In this document: piece by piece, positions 19,501 to 28,288 of the stretch
How positions within the stretch are numbered: the first letter of the stretch is position 1
Layout of the letters: the number at the start of each line of letters is the position of its first letter
Source of the DNA: Thermodesulfobacteriota bacterium
GTDB taxonomy: Bacteria; Desulfobacterota_D; UBA1144; Nemesobacterales; Nemesobacteraceae
Assembly (NCBI GenBank): GCA_965263275.1
Contig: OZ253668.1
Location: 388,486 to 452,485 of the forward strand
DNA: 64,000 nt
Reading direction: 5' to 3'
The notes under the pieces: generated by a model
The model's database searches: none
What the model saw: only the letters and a program-made list of their open reading frames with translations
Told to the model about the DNA's origin: nothing
Position numbers and translations under genes: made by a program

Positions 19501-20450
19501 ATACCCACAAATTATTTGAGAAGTTCAATGGGGTTATAAGATTGACTGACTCAAAGAGAGAAAAGTTAAAAACCAGCCGTAAAGCGTTAAGAGATAAGAT
19601 AAACAAATTTTTCGAAGAAAAGCGTTTGAAAAAACCTGAATTCCATCCTCAAGGCTCTTTTCCGTTACAAACCAATCTTAACCCTATCAGAGCGGAGGAA
19701 GACGGGGTTATCAAGGAAAAGTATGATATGGATGATGGAGTTTATTTTATCAGCCCTGAATCAGATCGGAAGACCCCTGAGACTTACCATTACCGCATAA
19801 AAGATGCGGTTGAAGGGCATGCGTCGGACGTAATTGATAAAAACACTTGCGTAAGAGTTGTTTTTGCTGACGGACACCACATCGATTTGCCCGCTTACTG
19901 GCTGGAAGATGGAGACAGTGTTCCGCAGTTGGCCCACAAGTCGGAAGGTTTTATAGATAGTGACCCAGTAGAATTCATGGACTGGGTTAGGGAAAAAATA
20001 TCTGAAACGAACTCTACTGGGCAATTGAGGAGAATTATTCGTTACTTAAAAGCGTGGAAAGACTATCGGGAAAACAAGAATTCGAGTCTCAAACTTCCTT
20101 CCGGTTTTATTCTTACCATTTTGGCTTGTAATCATTACAAGCCAAGTGACCGAGACGACTTGGCTTTATGCGATACCGTCGAGAGTATCAGGAATGAATT
20201 GGATTGGAACTTTGTGTGCTACCGTCCCACAACTCCTGAAGGTGAAGAGTTGTTAGGAAAATACGACTCGGAGAAAGTTCTGCGGGAGTTAGAGAAATTT
20301 GTTGAAAATGCCCAGAAAGCGATAGATTCTGATTGCGGGGAAGAATCTTCTAAATATTGGAGAAAAGTGTTCGGAGATCGTTTCCCTCTGGGAGATAAAA
20401 GTAAAAAATCTTTTAAAACATCTGTAGAAAAACCATGGACATCATTTTAA
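19497..20450 (+). CDS. cGAS/DncV-like nucleotidyltransferase (CD-NTase, CBASS cyclase)
   Basis: Pol-beta NTase motifs QGSFPLQT (G-S) and DMDDGVYF ([DE]hD), a third acidic residue in ADGHHIDLP, and the YLKAWKD motif. 317 aa. Confidence 0.7.
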   Translation: MNTHKLFEKFNGVIRLTDSKREKLKTSRKALRDKINKFFEEKRLKKPEFHPQGSFPLQTNLNPIRAEEDGVIKEKYDMDDGVYFISPESDRKTPETYHYRIKDAVEGHASDVIDKNTCVRVVFADGHHIDLPAYWLEDGDSVPQLAHKSEGFIDSDPVEFMDWVREKISETNSTGQLRRIIRYLKAWKDYRENKNSSLKLPSGFILTILACNHYKPSDRDDLALCDTVESIRNELDWNFVCYRPTTPEGEELLGKYDSEKVLRELEKFVENAQKAIDSDCGEESSKYWRKVFGDRFPLGDKSKKSFKTSVEKPWTSF

Positions 20451-21097
20451 CGAATGAAGATATTGAAGAAGTAAAGGAGGTATTCCCACAATTAAATTGC
20501 GAAGTGCAGAATGGCCGCATCTGGGGAACTTTGGACTTTTGCTGTTGGTATGACAACAGTAGCGAAGAATTAGAGCATAATTCACAGCATCGGGAAGCTA
20601 TATATGATTCTTACGAAATAGAAATTAAATTTGGCAGAAAAGACGAATTTGATTTTCCGAGAGTTTATGAACCATCTGAGAAGATATTAAAGTTTTCAAC
20701 TGATTCAGAACTAAAGCTGGAAGACTTCCACGTCAACGAAAAAGATTGTAACAGTTGCTGCTTAGGTATCTTTCCTGATTACCGATGGCAAGGCGCGACA
20801 GATTTTATATTAACAAAAGTCGTTCCATTTTTTTACTGGCAATCCCATAGAAGAATAAAAGGAGAAGAACCTTGGGAAGGATATGCCCATGGGTACAAAG
20901 GTATTGAGAATGCTTTAGCTTCAGTATCTCGTAGAAATAAAGGTCGTAACCGTAATATTTTATGTCTTTGTAATAGTGGTAAGAAATACAAAAAATGTTG
21001 CTATCAGAAAGACTCAATATTGCGATCGAGCTTGTTGAAAGCAAAGATGGATAGGAGAAAACTTAACACTAATCGCTCCGGCAAAGATTCTCAGTGA
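20435..21097 (+). CDS. Cys-rich protein with a C-terminal SEC-C zinc motif, co-operonic with the CD-NTase; function unknown
   Basis: CLCNSGKKYKKCC matches the SecA C-terminal SEC-C motif (CxCxSGxKYKxCC). Additional Cys clusters are FCCWYD and CNSCC. The start overlaps the cyclase end by 16 nt. Confidence 0.5.
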   Translation: MDIILTNEDIEEVKEVFPQLNCEVQNGRIWGTLDFCCWYDNSSEELEHNSQHREAIYDSYEIEIKFGRKDEFDFPRVYEPSEKILKFSTDSELKLEDFHVNEKDCNSCCLGIFPDYRWQGATDFILTKVVPFFYWQSHRRIKGEEPWEGYAHGYKGIENALASVSRRNKGRNRNILCLCNSGKKYKKCCYQKDSILRSSLLKAKMDRRKLNTNRSGKDSQ

Positions 21098-21213
21098 TAG
21101 CCAACTCCTCTAAACACCAGTTCAGCCAGTTTTTAAGTGGCGAGGAGAAACGAAAGGATCAATGTTGTATTTCATAAAACGGCTACTCGGAAACAAGACC
21201 TCTGGAAACTGCC

Positions 21214-21615
21214 ATGGCTGCACAGATCAGGATTAACAAGCGAAACGTCTACCGCTATCAAGTACGACGGCGATCTGCCCCCGGAGTGGTATACGCGGAC
21301 CGCAAGACCGCCATCGTGAAGGTGCTAGGAAAGCGATTCCTCGAAGAGTATGTACTCCACTGTAAGTCGCACACGGCCTATGAATATCGTCCGTCCATGG
21401 AAGTCTTCATTGAACCCAAAATCGGCGCGAGAAAGGTGACCGAGATTCTGCGGAGCGATATCGCTGAATTGCATCATGGCATGCGAAAGACACCCTATCA
21501 GGCCAACCGGACGCTTGGCATTCTTTCCAAGATGCTCAACCTCGCGGAGATGTGGGGCCTACGGTCGGACGGCTTGAACTCCATAACGCATGGGAACCAA
21601 GAAAGGTACAGATAA
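21214..21615 (+). pseudogene. Tyrosine recombinase (phage integrase) N-terminal arm/SAM-like domain only; catalytic domain absent
   Basis: ARKVTEILRSDIAELHHGMRKTPYQANRTLGILSKMLNLAEMWGLR matches integrase N-terminal domains. The ORF ends after 133 aa with no RHRY catalytic region. Confidence 0.6.
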
Positions 21616-22619
21616 TGACCGACTTATTCATCCTCGGTGCGGGTTTCTCCAAGGCCATCAATTATAGAATGCCAACAATGGACGAGCTAAGTTCTGCCGT
21701 CCTAATAAACTTGGAAAATGTCGGCTTGCGCGTACCGGATGCATTACACGATCTTGGCAACAATATCGAACTTTGGATGACTTACTTATCTCAAGCTCAA
21801 CCTTGGCTCAAAGAGTCTGATAACCACTTCAACAAGGCTTTTGCTGGCCAACTACGCAAACAAATAGAGGAGATTATCCATGACCGAACAACGATTGCGT
21901 CTCAGTCTAACCCACCAGTTTGGTTGAACCGTTTGATTAGGTCGTGGCATGAACAACGTGCCACAGTAATCACGCTGAATTACGACACTCTAATTGAAAG
22001 GGCGAGCCGGGAATTGCAGATTACGGATAAGATAAAGCGCATCATGGCTGACCAGATGTATCCCCCATATTTTGCCAATATAGCGTCAAGATCAGGAGTC
22101 GGCCTTTTTGGCGAAGGAAAAGTAGATACCTTTTTATACTTAAAGCTTCATGGTTCCATAAATTGGTACTATTCTGGCAGAGATAATTTCTACGGTGAAA
22201 CAATTTTTTACGCAGATGTACCTCCTCTCGGTTCTGATTATTCGGATCAAGAAAAGGCATTAAGTGCACTATCTAGAGATAAAGAGACGTTAATCATCCC
22301 TCCGGTAAATGAGAAGACCATATACTTCAGCAATGAAACTGTAAAAGGACTTTGGCACGACGCTAGTGTTGCTCTTTCCAACGCGACACGAGTGTTTGTG
22401 ATAGGGTACTCATTACCGATTTCAGATCTTGGTATGCAGTTATTTTTAATCAACAATCAACCTGTTCCGCAAACCCCCGTCTACGTGATAGATACGTGTG
22501 CAGAAGTTGCAAAACGCTACGAGTCCTTGTTACCAAAATTGCAAATAAAGACAGATTTTTCACACGATCAGAATCCTGTCGAAAAATTTAGCGAGCATTA
22601 TCCAAATTTAGGGAATTAG
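21615..22619 (+). CDS. Standalone SIR2-family protein (SIR2_2-like), candidate NAD+-depleting defence effector
   Basis: Rossmann LFILGAGFS, ITLNYDTLIE and the catalytic-His motif YLKLHGSINWY. Its ATG overlaps the TAA of the integrase fragment (TAATG). Confidence 0.7.
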   Translation: MTDLFILGAGFSKAINYRMPTMDELSSAVLINLENVGLRVPDALHDLGNNIELWMTYLSQAQPWLKESDNHFNKAFAGQLRKQIEEIIHDRTTIASQSNPPVWLNRLIRSWHEQRATVITLNYDTLIERASRELQITDKIKRIMADQMYPPYFANIASRSGVGLFGEGKVDTFLYLKLHGSINWYYSGRDNFYGETIFYADVPPLGSDYSDQEKALSALSRDKETLIIPPVNEKTIYFSNETVKGLWHDASVALSNATRVFVIGYSLPISDLGMQLFLINNQPVPQTPVYVIDTCAEVAKRYESLLPKLQIKTDFSHDQNPVEKFSEHYPNLGN

Positions 22620-23056
22620 ATAGGAAAGTTGAGAAATTTATAGATACGGGTCGGGAGGCACAAAAGTGTGAAGAACAATTTTTCTAGACCTAGTCATGAT
22701 AACTCGACCTCCTTAACCAGAAATGTTTTTACTGTCTTCAGCATAACCGGTGTTTTTCAGGATAATTGTCGCATATTATAACATGACGCGCCCTGGTTTT
22801 TACCTCCTCTGAAGTTCTCTCCAATCTCATAATCATAGTCATTCATCAAGCGGCTTCGTCCTTTCTCCGATCCGGATTAAGCCACACTTCCTCTACAGGC
22901 GACCAGTTGCGATAACGTTCTAAATTATTCAATTGTAAGGTCCCCGCAGACTATTTAGAATAGAACTGCTGTATTGGTTATTTCCTGTGACTATAACAGA
23001 TAATGGAAATCTTCACCACGATGAAGCACACATAAGAATTTCTGGCTAGCTATTAT

Positions 23057-23089
23057 GTATATAGTTCCCTAGCGGGGGGAACTATATAC
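23057..23089. other. Perfect 13-bp stem / 7-nt loop hairpin in a 640-bp ORF-free spacer
   Basis: gtatatagttccc-tagcggg-gggaactatatac; the arms are exact reverse complements. Confidence 0.6.
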
Positions 23090-23260
23090 TTTGTTAGCCA
23101 TATGGACGTGTTTATTTGTTTCTTCCGTCAGGCGTTGAAAAGTTGGAAGCCACGTGCCTTCGTTTCGGAGAACGAGGGTGATTCATCGTTCTTACCCTCC
23201 AGTGCTTTTTGTGGTATTATACGCCCTGCAACAATCGATACTTAATCAAAACTTTCTTAA

Positions 23261-23665
23261 ATGACTTTTACCCAATCTATCTCAACTTGCTTCTCAAAAT
23301 ATGTTGACTTCTCAGGTAGAGCGCCGAGAAGCGAATTTTGGTGGTGGCAACTTTTTTTCTTTTTAACACTATTTCTAACAAATTTTACTGACATCTTAAT
23401 ATTTGGAATACCATCATATGACTATATTGTTTACTATTGGTGGTACACACCGTCAGCCAGCCCGCTCACAATTATGTGGATATTAATAACATTTTTACCA
23501 ACTATAGCCGTTAATATAAGAAGATTACATGACGCTGGATATAGTGGTTGGTATTACCTCGTATCCTTTATACCGATAATTGGTATTTTCTGGTTGATTC
23601 TTTTGTGGTTATTAAAATCTGAAGAAAAAGACAACAAATATGGAACTTATCAAAACGCCCCTTGA
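23261..23665 (+). CDS. DUF805 family inner-membrane protein
   Basis: SGRAPRSEFWWW...NIRRLHDAGYSGWYYL...IPIIGIFWLILL and a C-terminal NKYG match DUF805 signatures. Confidence 0.65.
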   Translation: MTFTQSISTCFSKYVDFSGRAPRSEFWWWQLFFFLTLFLTNFTDILIFGIPSYDYIVYYWWYTPSASPLTIMWILITFLPTIAVNIRRLHDAGYSGWYYLVSFIPIIGIFWLILLWLLKSEEKDNKYGTYQNAP

Positions 23666-23766
23666 AAAAGAATCGGGGTTGTGCAGATACTTAAAATCCT
23701 TTTTGATGCCCCGTTCGGCAAGGATATGGTCTTCAAGCGAAGCAAGCTAATGTCGAGGTACGGGAT

Positions 23767-24924
23767 ATGAGCGTTCGGCTGGTCGATGCGGAATGGGGCC
23801 GGGAGCTTAAGGATGCTATTTGCACGCACCCCACTGAGGTATGCATCGTTTGCCCATTCATCAAGAAGCGTGCTCTTGAGCGTCTCCTGTCGCACCGGCC
23901 TTGTGGTGTTCGGGTGATTACCCGATTCAATCTGAAGGATTTCGCTGAAGGTGTCAGCGATGTGGGAGCCTTGCGAATGCTCCTCGATGCCGGGGCCAGT
24001 ATCCGTGGTATCCGGCACCTCCATGCCAAGTTGTATCTCTTCGGGGAAAGCCGAGCGATCATTACTTCGGCCAACCTAACGGAGGCTGCCCTAACCCGAA
24101 ACTGGGAGTTTGGCGTGGTCGCTGATGATATAGCCGTCGTTGCGACCTGCCGGGATTATTTCGAAAAGCTTTGGCGACGCGGAAACTCGGATATATCCAG
24201 CGATCTTCTCGATAGCTGGGAAGAAACAGTTACCCGTCATCATCTTGCTGGCGGAAGGCCCAGCCATGCGAGAGGGCTCGATGATTTTGGCGCGGATGCG
24301 GGGCCTGCAGCCACATTGCCCTATACCCTTCCCGCTGTCGTAGCGGATACAGATCAAGCCTTCGTCAAGTTTCTCGGCACGAATAATAATCGGGTGCCGG
24401 TTTCTTTCGCCACTATCAAGGAGATCAAGAATTCGGGCTGCCATTGGACCCTCGCCTATTCAAAGCGCCCTAGAATAGTCAAAGACGGTGCGGTCATGTT
24501 TATCGCGCGGCTCACGGATGAGCCCGACATTCGAATTTTCGGTCGCGCTATCGGTATGAAGCATCATCCGAGCCGGGACGACGCGTCACCCGAGGACATT
24601 GAGCGTCGCTCGTGGAAAGAGAAGTGGTCGAGGTACATCCGCGTGCATCACGCTGAGTTCGTTGCTGGAACTATGGCAAACGGCATCTCGCTGAACAATT
24701 TGATGGATACGCTTGAAAGCAATTCATTTAAGCGGACTCAGGATAATGCGGTTGCTGGTACCGTCAACACGGATCCTCGGCGTGCATATATGCGGCAAGC
24801 ACATGTCGAACTTTCTTCGCAAGGCACTTCCTGGCTTGGCGAGTGCCTTCAGGCGGCGTTTGACGAACACGGCAAAGTCCCGCAGGGCATGCTCGAGGAA
24901 CTCGACTGGCCTACACTGTCATGA
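23767..24924 (+). CDS. PLD-superfamily (HKD) nuclease domain fused to an uncharacterised ~250-aa C-terminal domain
   Basis: Single HKD-like motif HAKLYLFGESRAIITSANLT (HxK...TSxN). High-GC (~58%) gene, in contrast to the low-GC neighbours. Confidence 0.55.
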   Translation: MSVRLVDAEWGRELKDAICTHPTEVCIVCPFIKKRALERLLSHRPCGVRVITRFNLKDFAEGVSDVGALRMLLDAGASIRGIRHLHAKLYLFGESRAIITSANLTEAALTRNWEFGVVADDIAVVATCRDYFEKLWRRGNSDISSDLLDSWEETVTRHHLAGGRPSHARGLDDFGADAGPAATLPYTLPAVVADTDQAFVKFLGTNNNRVPVSFATIKEIKNSGCHWTLAYSKRPRIVKDGAVMFIARLTDEPDIRIFGRAIGMKHHPSRDDASPEDIERRSWKEKWSRYIRVHHAEFVAGTMANGISLNNLMDTLESNSFKRTQDNAVAGTVNTDPRRAYMRQAHVELSSQGTSWLGECLQAAFDEHGKVPQGMLEELDWPTLS

Positions 24925-25405
24925 AGCAGGGAACTTTGACCCCTGAAAATCGAATGCTATCAAAGATCTGGTACCGGTCAATGCCGTTATGACTCCTCTA
25001 GATTCTCAAAAACCGCGATGATGAGACTGATGTCTCATCATCGTTACTAGCCAAATGTCTGAATCCGAGCTCAGCACCTAAGTATAGCACTACAATTAAG
25101 ATGAACTATAGTACGGTTAAACCCTGAGGCATTTGCGCTGTAGCGATTTTTGGGGTTCTGGTTTCGGTAATGAGAGCGGGGTCTGCGCGGCATCAGCCCG
25201 CATTGCCGTAATCCGACGGCCAGATTGCCTGATTCAGACGGAACGCAGTACTGATTTCCGCAGAACCGACAGTCCTGACCAACCGAGGACGCAACAATAC
25301 CTTCGGGGTTATTTACCGCTAAAATTGTTTTTTAAGCGGAACTTCATAGGTATTTCAAGCTGATTTCCCAGCGCAACTTACTGTAAACAAACAATTTTTC
25401 TTACC

Positions 25406-25429
25406 AAATACAGGTTTAAACCTGTATTT
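25406..25429. repeat. 24-bp perfect palindrome upstream of the IS1634 transposase (possible IS terminus or operator)
   Basis: aaatacaggttt|aaacctgtattt; flanked by a further imperfect inverted repeat (aaacaaacaattttt / ttttttgttcc). Confidence 0.5.
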
Positions 25430-25508
25430 TTTGTTCCCATGTTTTTGGGGAGCCTTAATTTCTTCATTTATCCTTGACATAACCATATATTGATATTATC
25501 ATGTTCCC

Positions 25509-27284
25509 ATGTCTTTACATGTAGATATAATCCCCAACCGCAAGAGCAGACCCACCATACTCCTGCGCGAGGCGCGGCGCGAAGGAAAAAGAATCAGAAA
25601 GAAAACGCTGTGCAACCTCACCCACGTGCCCTCGATAATCGTTGACGGCATACGAGCCATGCTAAAAGGCGGGGTGGTGTATAAAGACCTCAAGGAGGCT
25701 TTTTCCATAAAGCGCACGTTGCCCCACGGACATGTCGTCGCCGCGCTTGGTGTCTCCAGGGATCTGGGGCTGGATCGCATTCTGCACAGAAAAAACAGCC
25801 GCGCGCGGGATCTGGCTCTGGGGGCAGTTGTCTTGGGGGTGCTGAAGCCCAATTCAAAGCTGGCGGCTTCCCGGGGCCTGTCCCCCGAGAGCGCGAGCAC
25901 GAGTCTGGGAGCTGTTATGGGTCTGGGGCCGGTTACGGGCAACGAGATGCTCTCCATGCTTGACTGGCTTGTGGAGCGCCAGAGGTGGATTGAGCGAAGC
26001 CTGGCCAACCGTCATCTCAAGGGAGGCACTCTTGTGCTCTACGACGTGACCTCAAGCTACATGGAGGGACAGAGCTGCCCGCTGGCTTTCTTCGGTCACA
26101 ACAGAGACAAAAAGAAGGGGAAGAAGCAGATCGTGTACGGGCTGCTTTGCTCCGCCGACGGCTGTCCGGTGGCCGTGGAGGTGTTTTGCGGCAACACCGG
26201 GGACCCGGCGACGGTGGGAGCTCAGGTTGAGAAGATTCAGCGGCGCTTTGGGGTTGAGAACCTGGCGTTGGTCGGAGACCGCGGGATGATCACCACCGCG
26301 CGCATCAGGGAGGATATCGAATCTTGCGGTCTTCAGTGGATATCGGCACTCAAGTCAACCGACATCCGTAAGCTGCTGAAAAAGCCTGAGGACGGCGAAG
26401 CGCCGCTTAGCCCCGAAGCTTTGGTTCCCGACGGGGTCGGTGAGATAGTCAGTCCCGAGTTTCCGGGCGAGCGTCTGATAGTGTGTCTTAACCCTCGTCT
26501 GAGGGAGCAGAGGGCGCGCAAGCGCGAAGAGCTTCTGGTTTCCACGGAGCGGATTCTTGAGGACATCAAAAAAGCGGTCCGCCGCAAAGGCTCCTCGCTG
26601 CGAGGCAAAGACAATATCAATCGGCGCGTGGGACGCGAAGCGAACCGCAGGAAGGTGGAGAAGCACTTTGAGATCACCGTTACGGACGATGATATCTCAT
26701 GGTCTCGTGACCGGGAGAGAATAGAGGCGGAGGCCCGTCTTGACGGCATCTACATCATACGAACCAGTCTTGACGGTTCGGCTCTTGGAGCGGCGGGGGT
26801 GGTATCGGCGTACAAGAGCCTCTCTGTGGTGGAGCGGGCGTTTCGTTCGATCAAGACCACTTCTTTGCGGATACGTCCCTTCTACGTGTACAGCGAACCT
26901 CACGTGCGCGGACATGTTCTGCTCTGCATGCTCGCTTATTACGTTCAGTGGCACCTTCGCAGGCTGCTGGCGCCGCTATTGTTTGAGGATTGTGACCGCG
27001 AGGGGGCGGAGAGGAAGCGGAGGACGCCGGTGGAGAGAGCCATGGTATCTGACAGCGCCAAGGCGAAAAGCGACACGAAAAAGACTCCTGAGGGGTTCTG
27101 CGTGCATAGCTTCGAGACGCTTATGGAGGATCTGGCCACCTTCTGCCTCAATGAAGTGGCGCTGCCTGGGGATTCTGAGCATGGTTTCGTCGTTATGCCC
27201 GAACCGACGCCCCTGCAGAAAAAAGCGTTTGAATTGCTAGGCATAGACCTCGGCAAATTTGTTCCCAGTAAACTGACAGGTTGA
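25509..27284 (+). CDS. IS1634-family (IS4 superfamily) DDE transposase
   Basis: 591 aa. LVLYDVTSSYMEG, LVGDRGM and YKSLSVVERAFRSIKTTSLRIRPFYV are characteristic of IS1634-type transposases. Confidence 0.7.
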   Translation: MSLHVDIIPNRKSRPTILLREARREGKRIRKKTLCNLTHVPSIIVDGIRAMLKGGVVYKDLKEAFSIKRTLPHGHVVAALGVSRDLGLDRILHRKNSRARDLALGAVVLGVLKPNSKLAASRGLSPESASTSLGAVMGLGPVTGNEMLSMLDWLVERQRWIERSLANRHLKGGTLVLYDVTSSYMEGQSCPLAFFGHNRDKKKGKKQIVYGLLCSADGCPVAVEVFCGNTGDPATVGAQVEKIQRRFGVENLALVGDRGMITTARIREDIESCGLQWISALKSTDIRKLLKKPEDGEAPLSPEALVPDGVGEIVSPEFPGERLIVCLNPRLREQRARKREELLVSTERILEDIKKAVRRKGSSLRGKDNINRRVGREANRRKVEKHFEITVTDDDISWSRDRERIEAEARLDGIYIIRTSLDGSALGAAGVVSAYKSLSVVERAFRSIKTTSLRIRPFYVYSEPHVRGHVLLCMLAYYVQWHLRRLLAPLLFEDCDREGAERKRRTPVERAMVSDSAKAKSDTKKTPEGFCVHSFETLMEDLATFCLNEVALPGDSEHGFVVMPEPTPLQKKAFELLGIDLGKFVPSKLTG

Positions 27285-27420
27285 TTTTACGGATCTCCCC
27301 GCTACCATTGAGCAATCCGTGGATTTGTATAGCGCGACAAACAAGATTGAACGGTTGCGACAAACAAGATTGAACTTTCATGTCGCAGCGAAAGAGACAA
27401 TACCGGGATAATTCAGGGGA

Positions 27421-27445
27421 CGCAACCCCGGAATCCGGGGTTGCG
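27421..27445. other. Perfect 11-bp stem / 3-nt loop hairpin just downstream of istB
   Basis: cgcaaccccgg-aat-ccggggttgcg. Confidence 0.55.
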
Positions 27446-27460
27446 CGGGTGGGGTGGGGG

Positions 27461-28288
27461 TCAGCCGGATGTGTCGCTTTCGGTGGCGAACTTCGCGGGT
27501 CTTCCCTGTTTTTTCTTCTGTTCCATGGCTTGACGGCGTCTGTAGCTCTCCACGTTCATCTCAAGTATCACGCAGTGATGCACAAGGCGATCCACCGCTG
27601 CCACCGCGGTGTTTTCGTCAGGAAACACCTTTGTCCATTCGGTAAACGGCTGATTGGCGGTAATGAGCACGGAACGTTGCTCATAACGGACCGATATCAG
27701 TTCGAACAGCACGCTTGTTTCGGCGTGATCTTTGCGCACGTAGGCCAGATCGTCAAGAATCAGCAGGTCGTAGCGGTCAAGCCTGTTGAGCATATTCTCA
27801 AGGGACAGTTCCCTTTGAGCCGTCTGGAGCTTCTGAACAAGATCCGTCGTACGGGTGAACAGCACCCGTTTCTCCTTCTCCACCAGAGACAAGCCGATTG
27901 CCGAAGCCAGATGACTCTTGCCCGCCCCCGGAGGGCCGAAGATTATCACATTGTGTCCGCCTCTTAGCCACGAATCGTTTGAAGCCAGGGCCATGACCGT
28001 GGGTTTGGATATAGTGGGAACCGCGTCAAAGTCGAAGTTCTCAAGGGTTTTTCCTGGAAGAAGACGGGCTTCGCCCAAGTGGCGGCGTATCCTGCGCCGT
28101 TGCCGCTCGGCAAGTTCAAGATCCGCGAGAGTTGCGAGCAGCCGGGCCGCGGGCCACCCCTCGGTATCCGCCCGTTCGGCGAACCGCTCCCACATCTGCC
28201 TGATCGCGGGCAGCCGAAGTTCGCGGAACATGAGGTCAAGGTCGGCTTTTCCGATCTCCACCACCTTTTCATTGGGTTTCGTATTCAT
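27461..28288 (-). CDS. istB: IS21 helper ATPase IstB
   Basis: Walker A IIFGPPGAGKSHLA and Walker B LLILDDLAY; DnaC-like AAA+ typical of IstB. Confidence 0.85.
   Translation of the reverse strand: MNTKPNEKVVEIGKADLDLMFRELRLPAIRQMWERFAERADTEGWPAARLLATLADLELAERQRRRIRRHLGEARLLPGKTLENFDFDAVPTISKPTVMALASNDSWLRGGHNVIIFGPPGAGKSHLASAIGLSLVEKEKRVLFTRTTDLVQKLQTAQRELSLENMLNRLDRYDLLILDDLAYVRKDHAETSVLFELISVRYEQRSVLITANQPFTEWTKVFPDENTAVAAVDRLVHHCVILEMNVESYRRRQAMEQKKKQGRPAKFATESDTSG

Noticed and set aside
25133-25363. 76-aa ORF and apparent stem-rich sequence in the GC-rich gap before IS1634
   Set aside because: There is no RBS and the composition is arginine-rich, typical of off-frame reading in high-GC DNA. 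It is more likely a decayed element terminus.
25499-27381. Multiple 60-170-aa ORFs on both strands inside the IS1634 transposase gene
   Set aside because: All overlap the well-supported 591-aa transposase frame. High GC suppresses stop codons in alternative frames.
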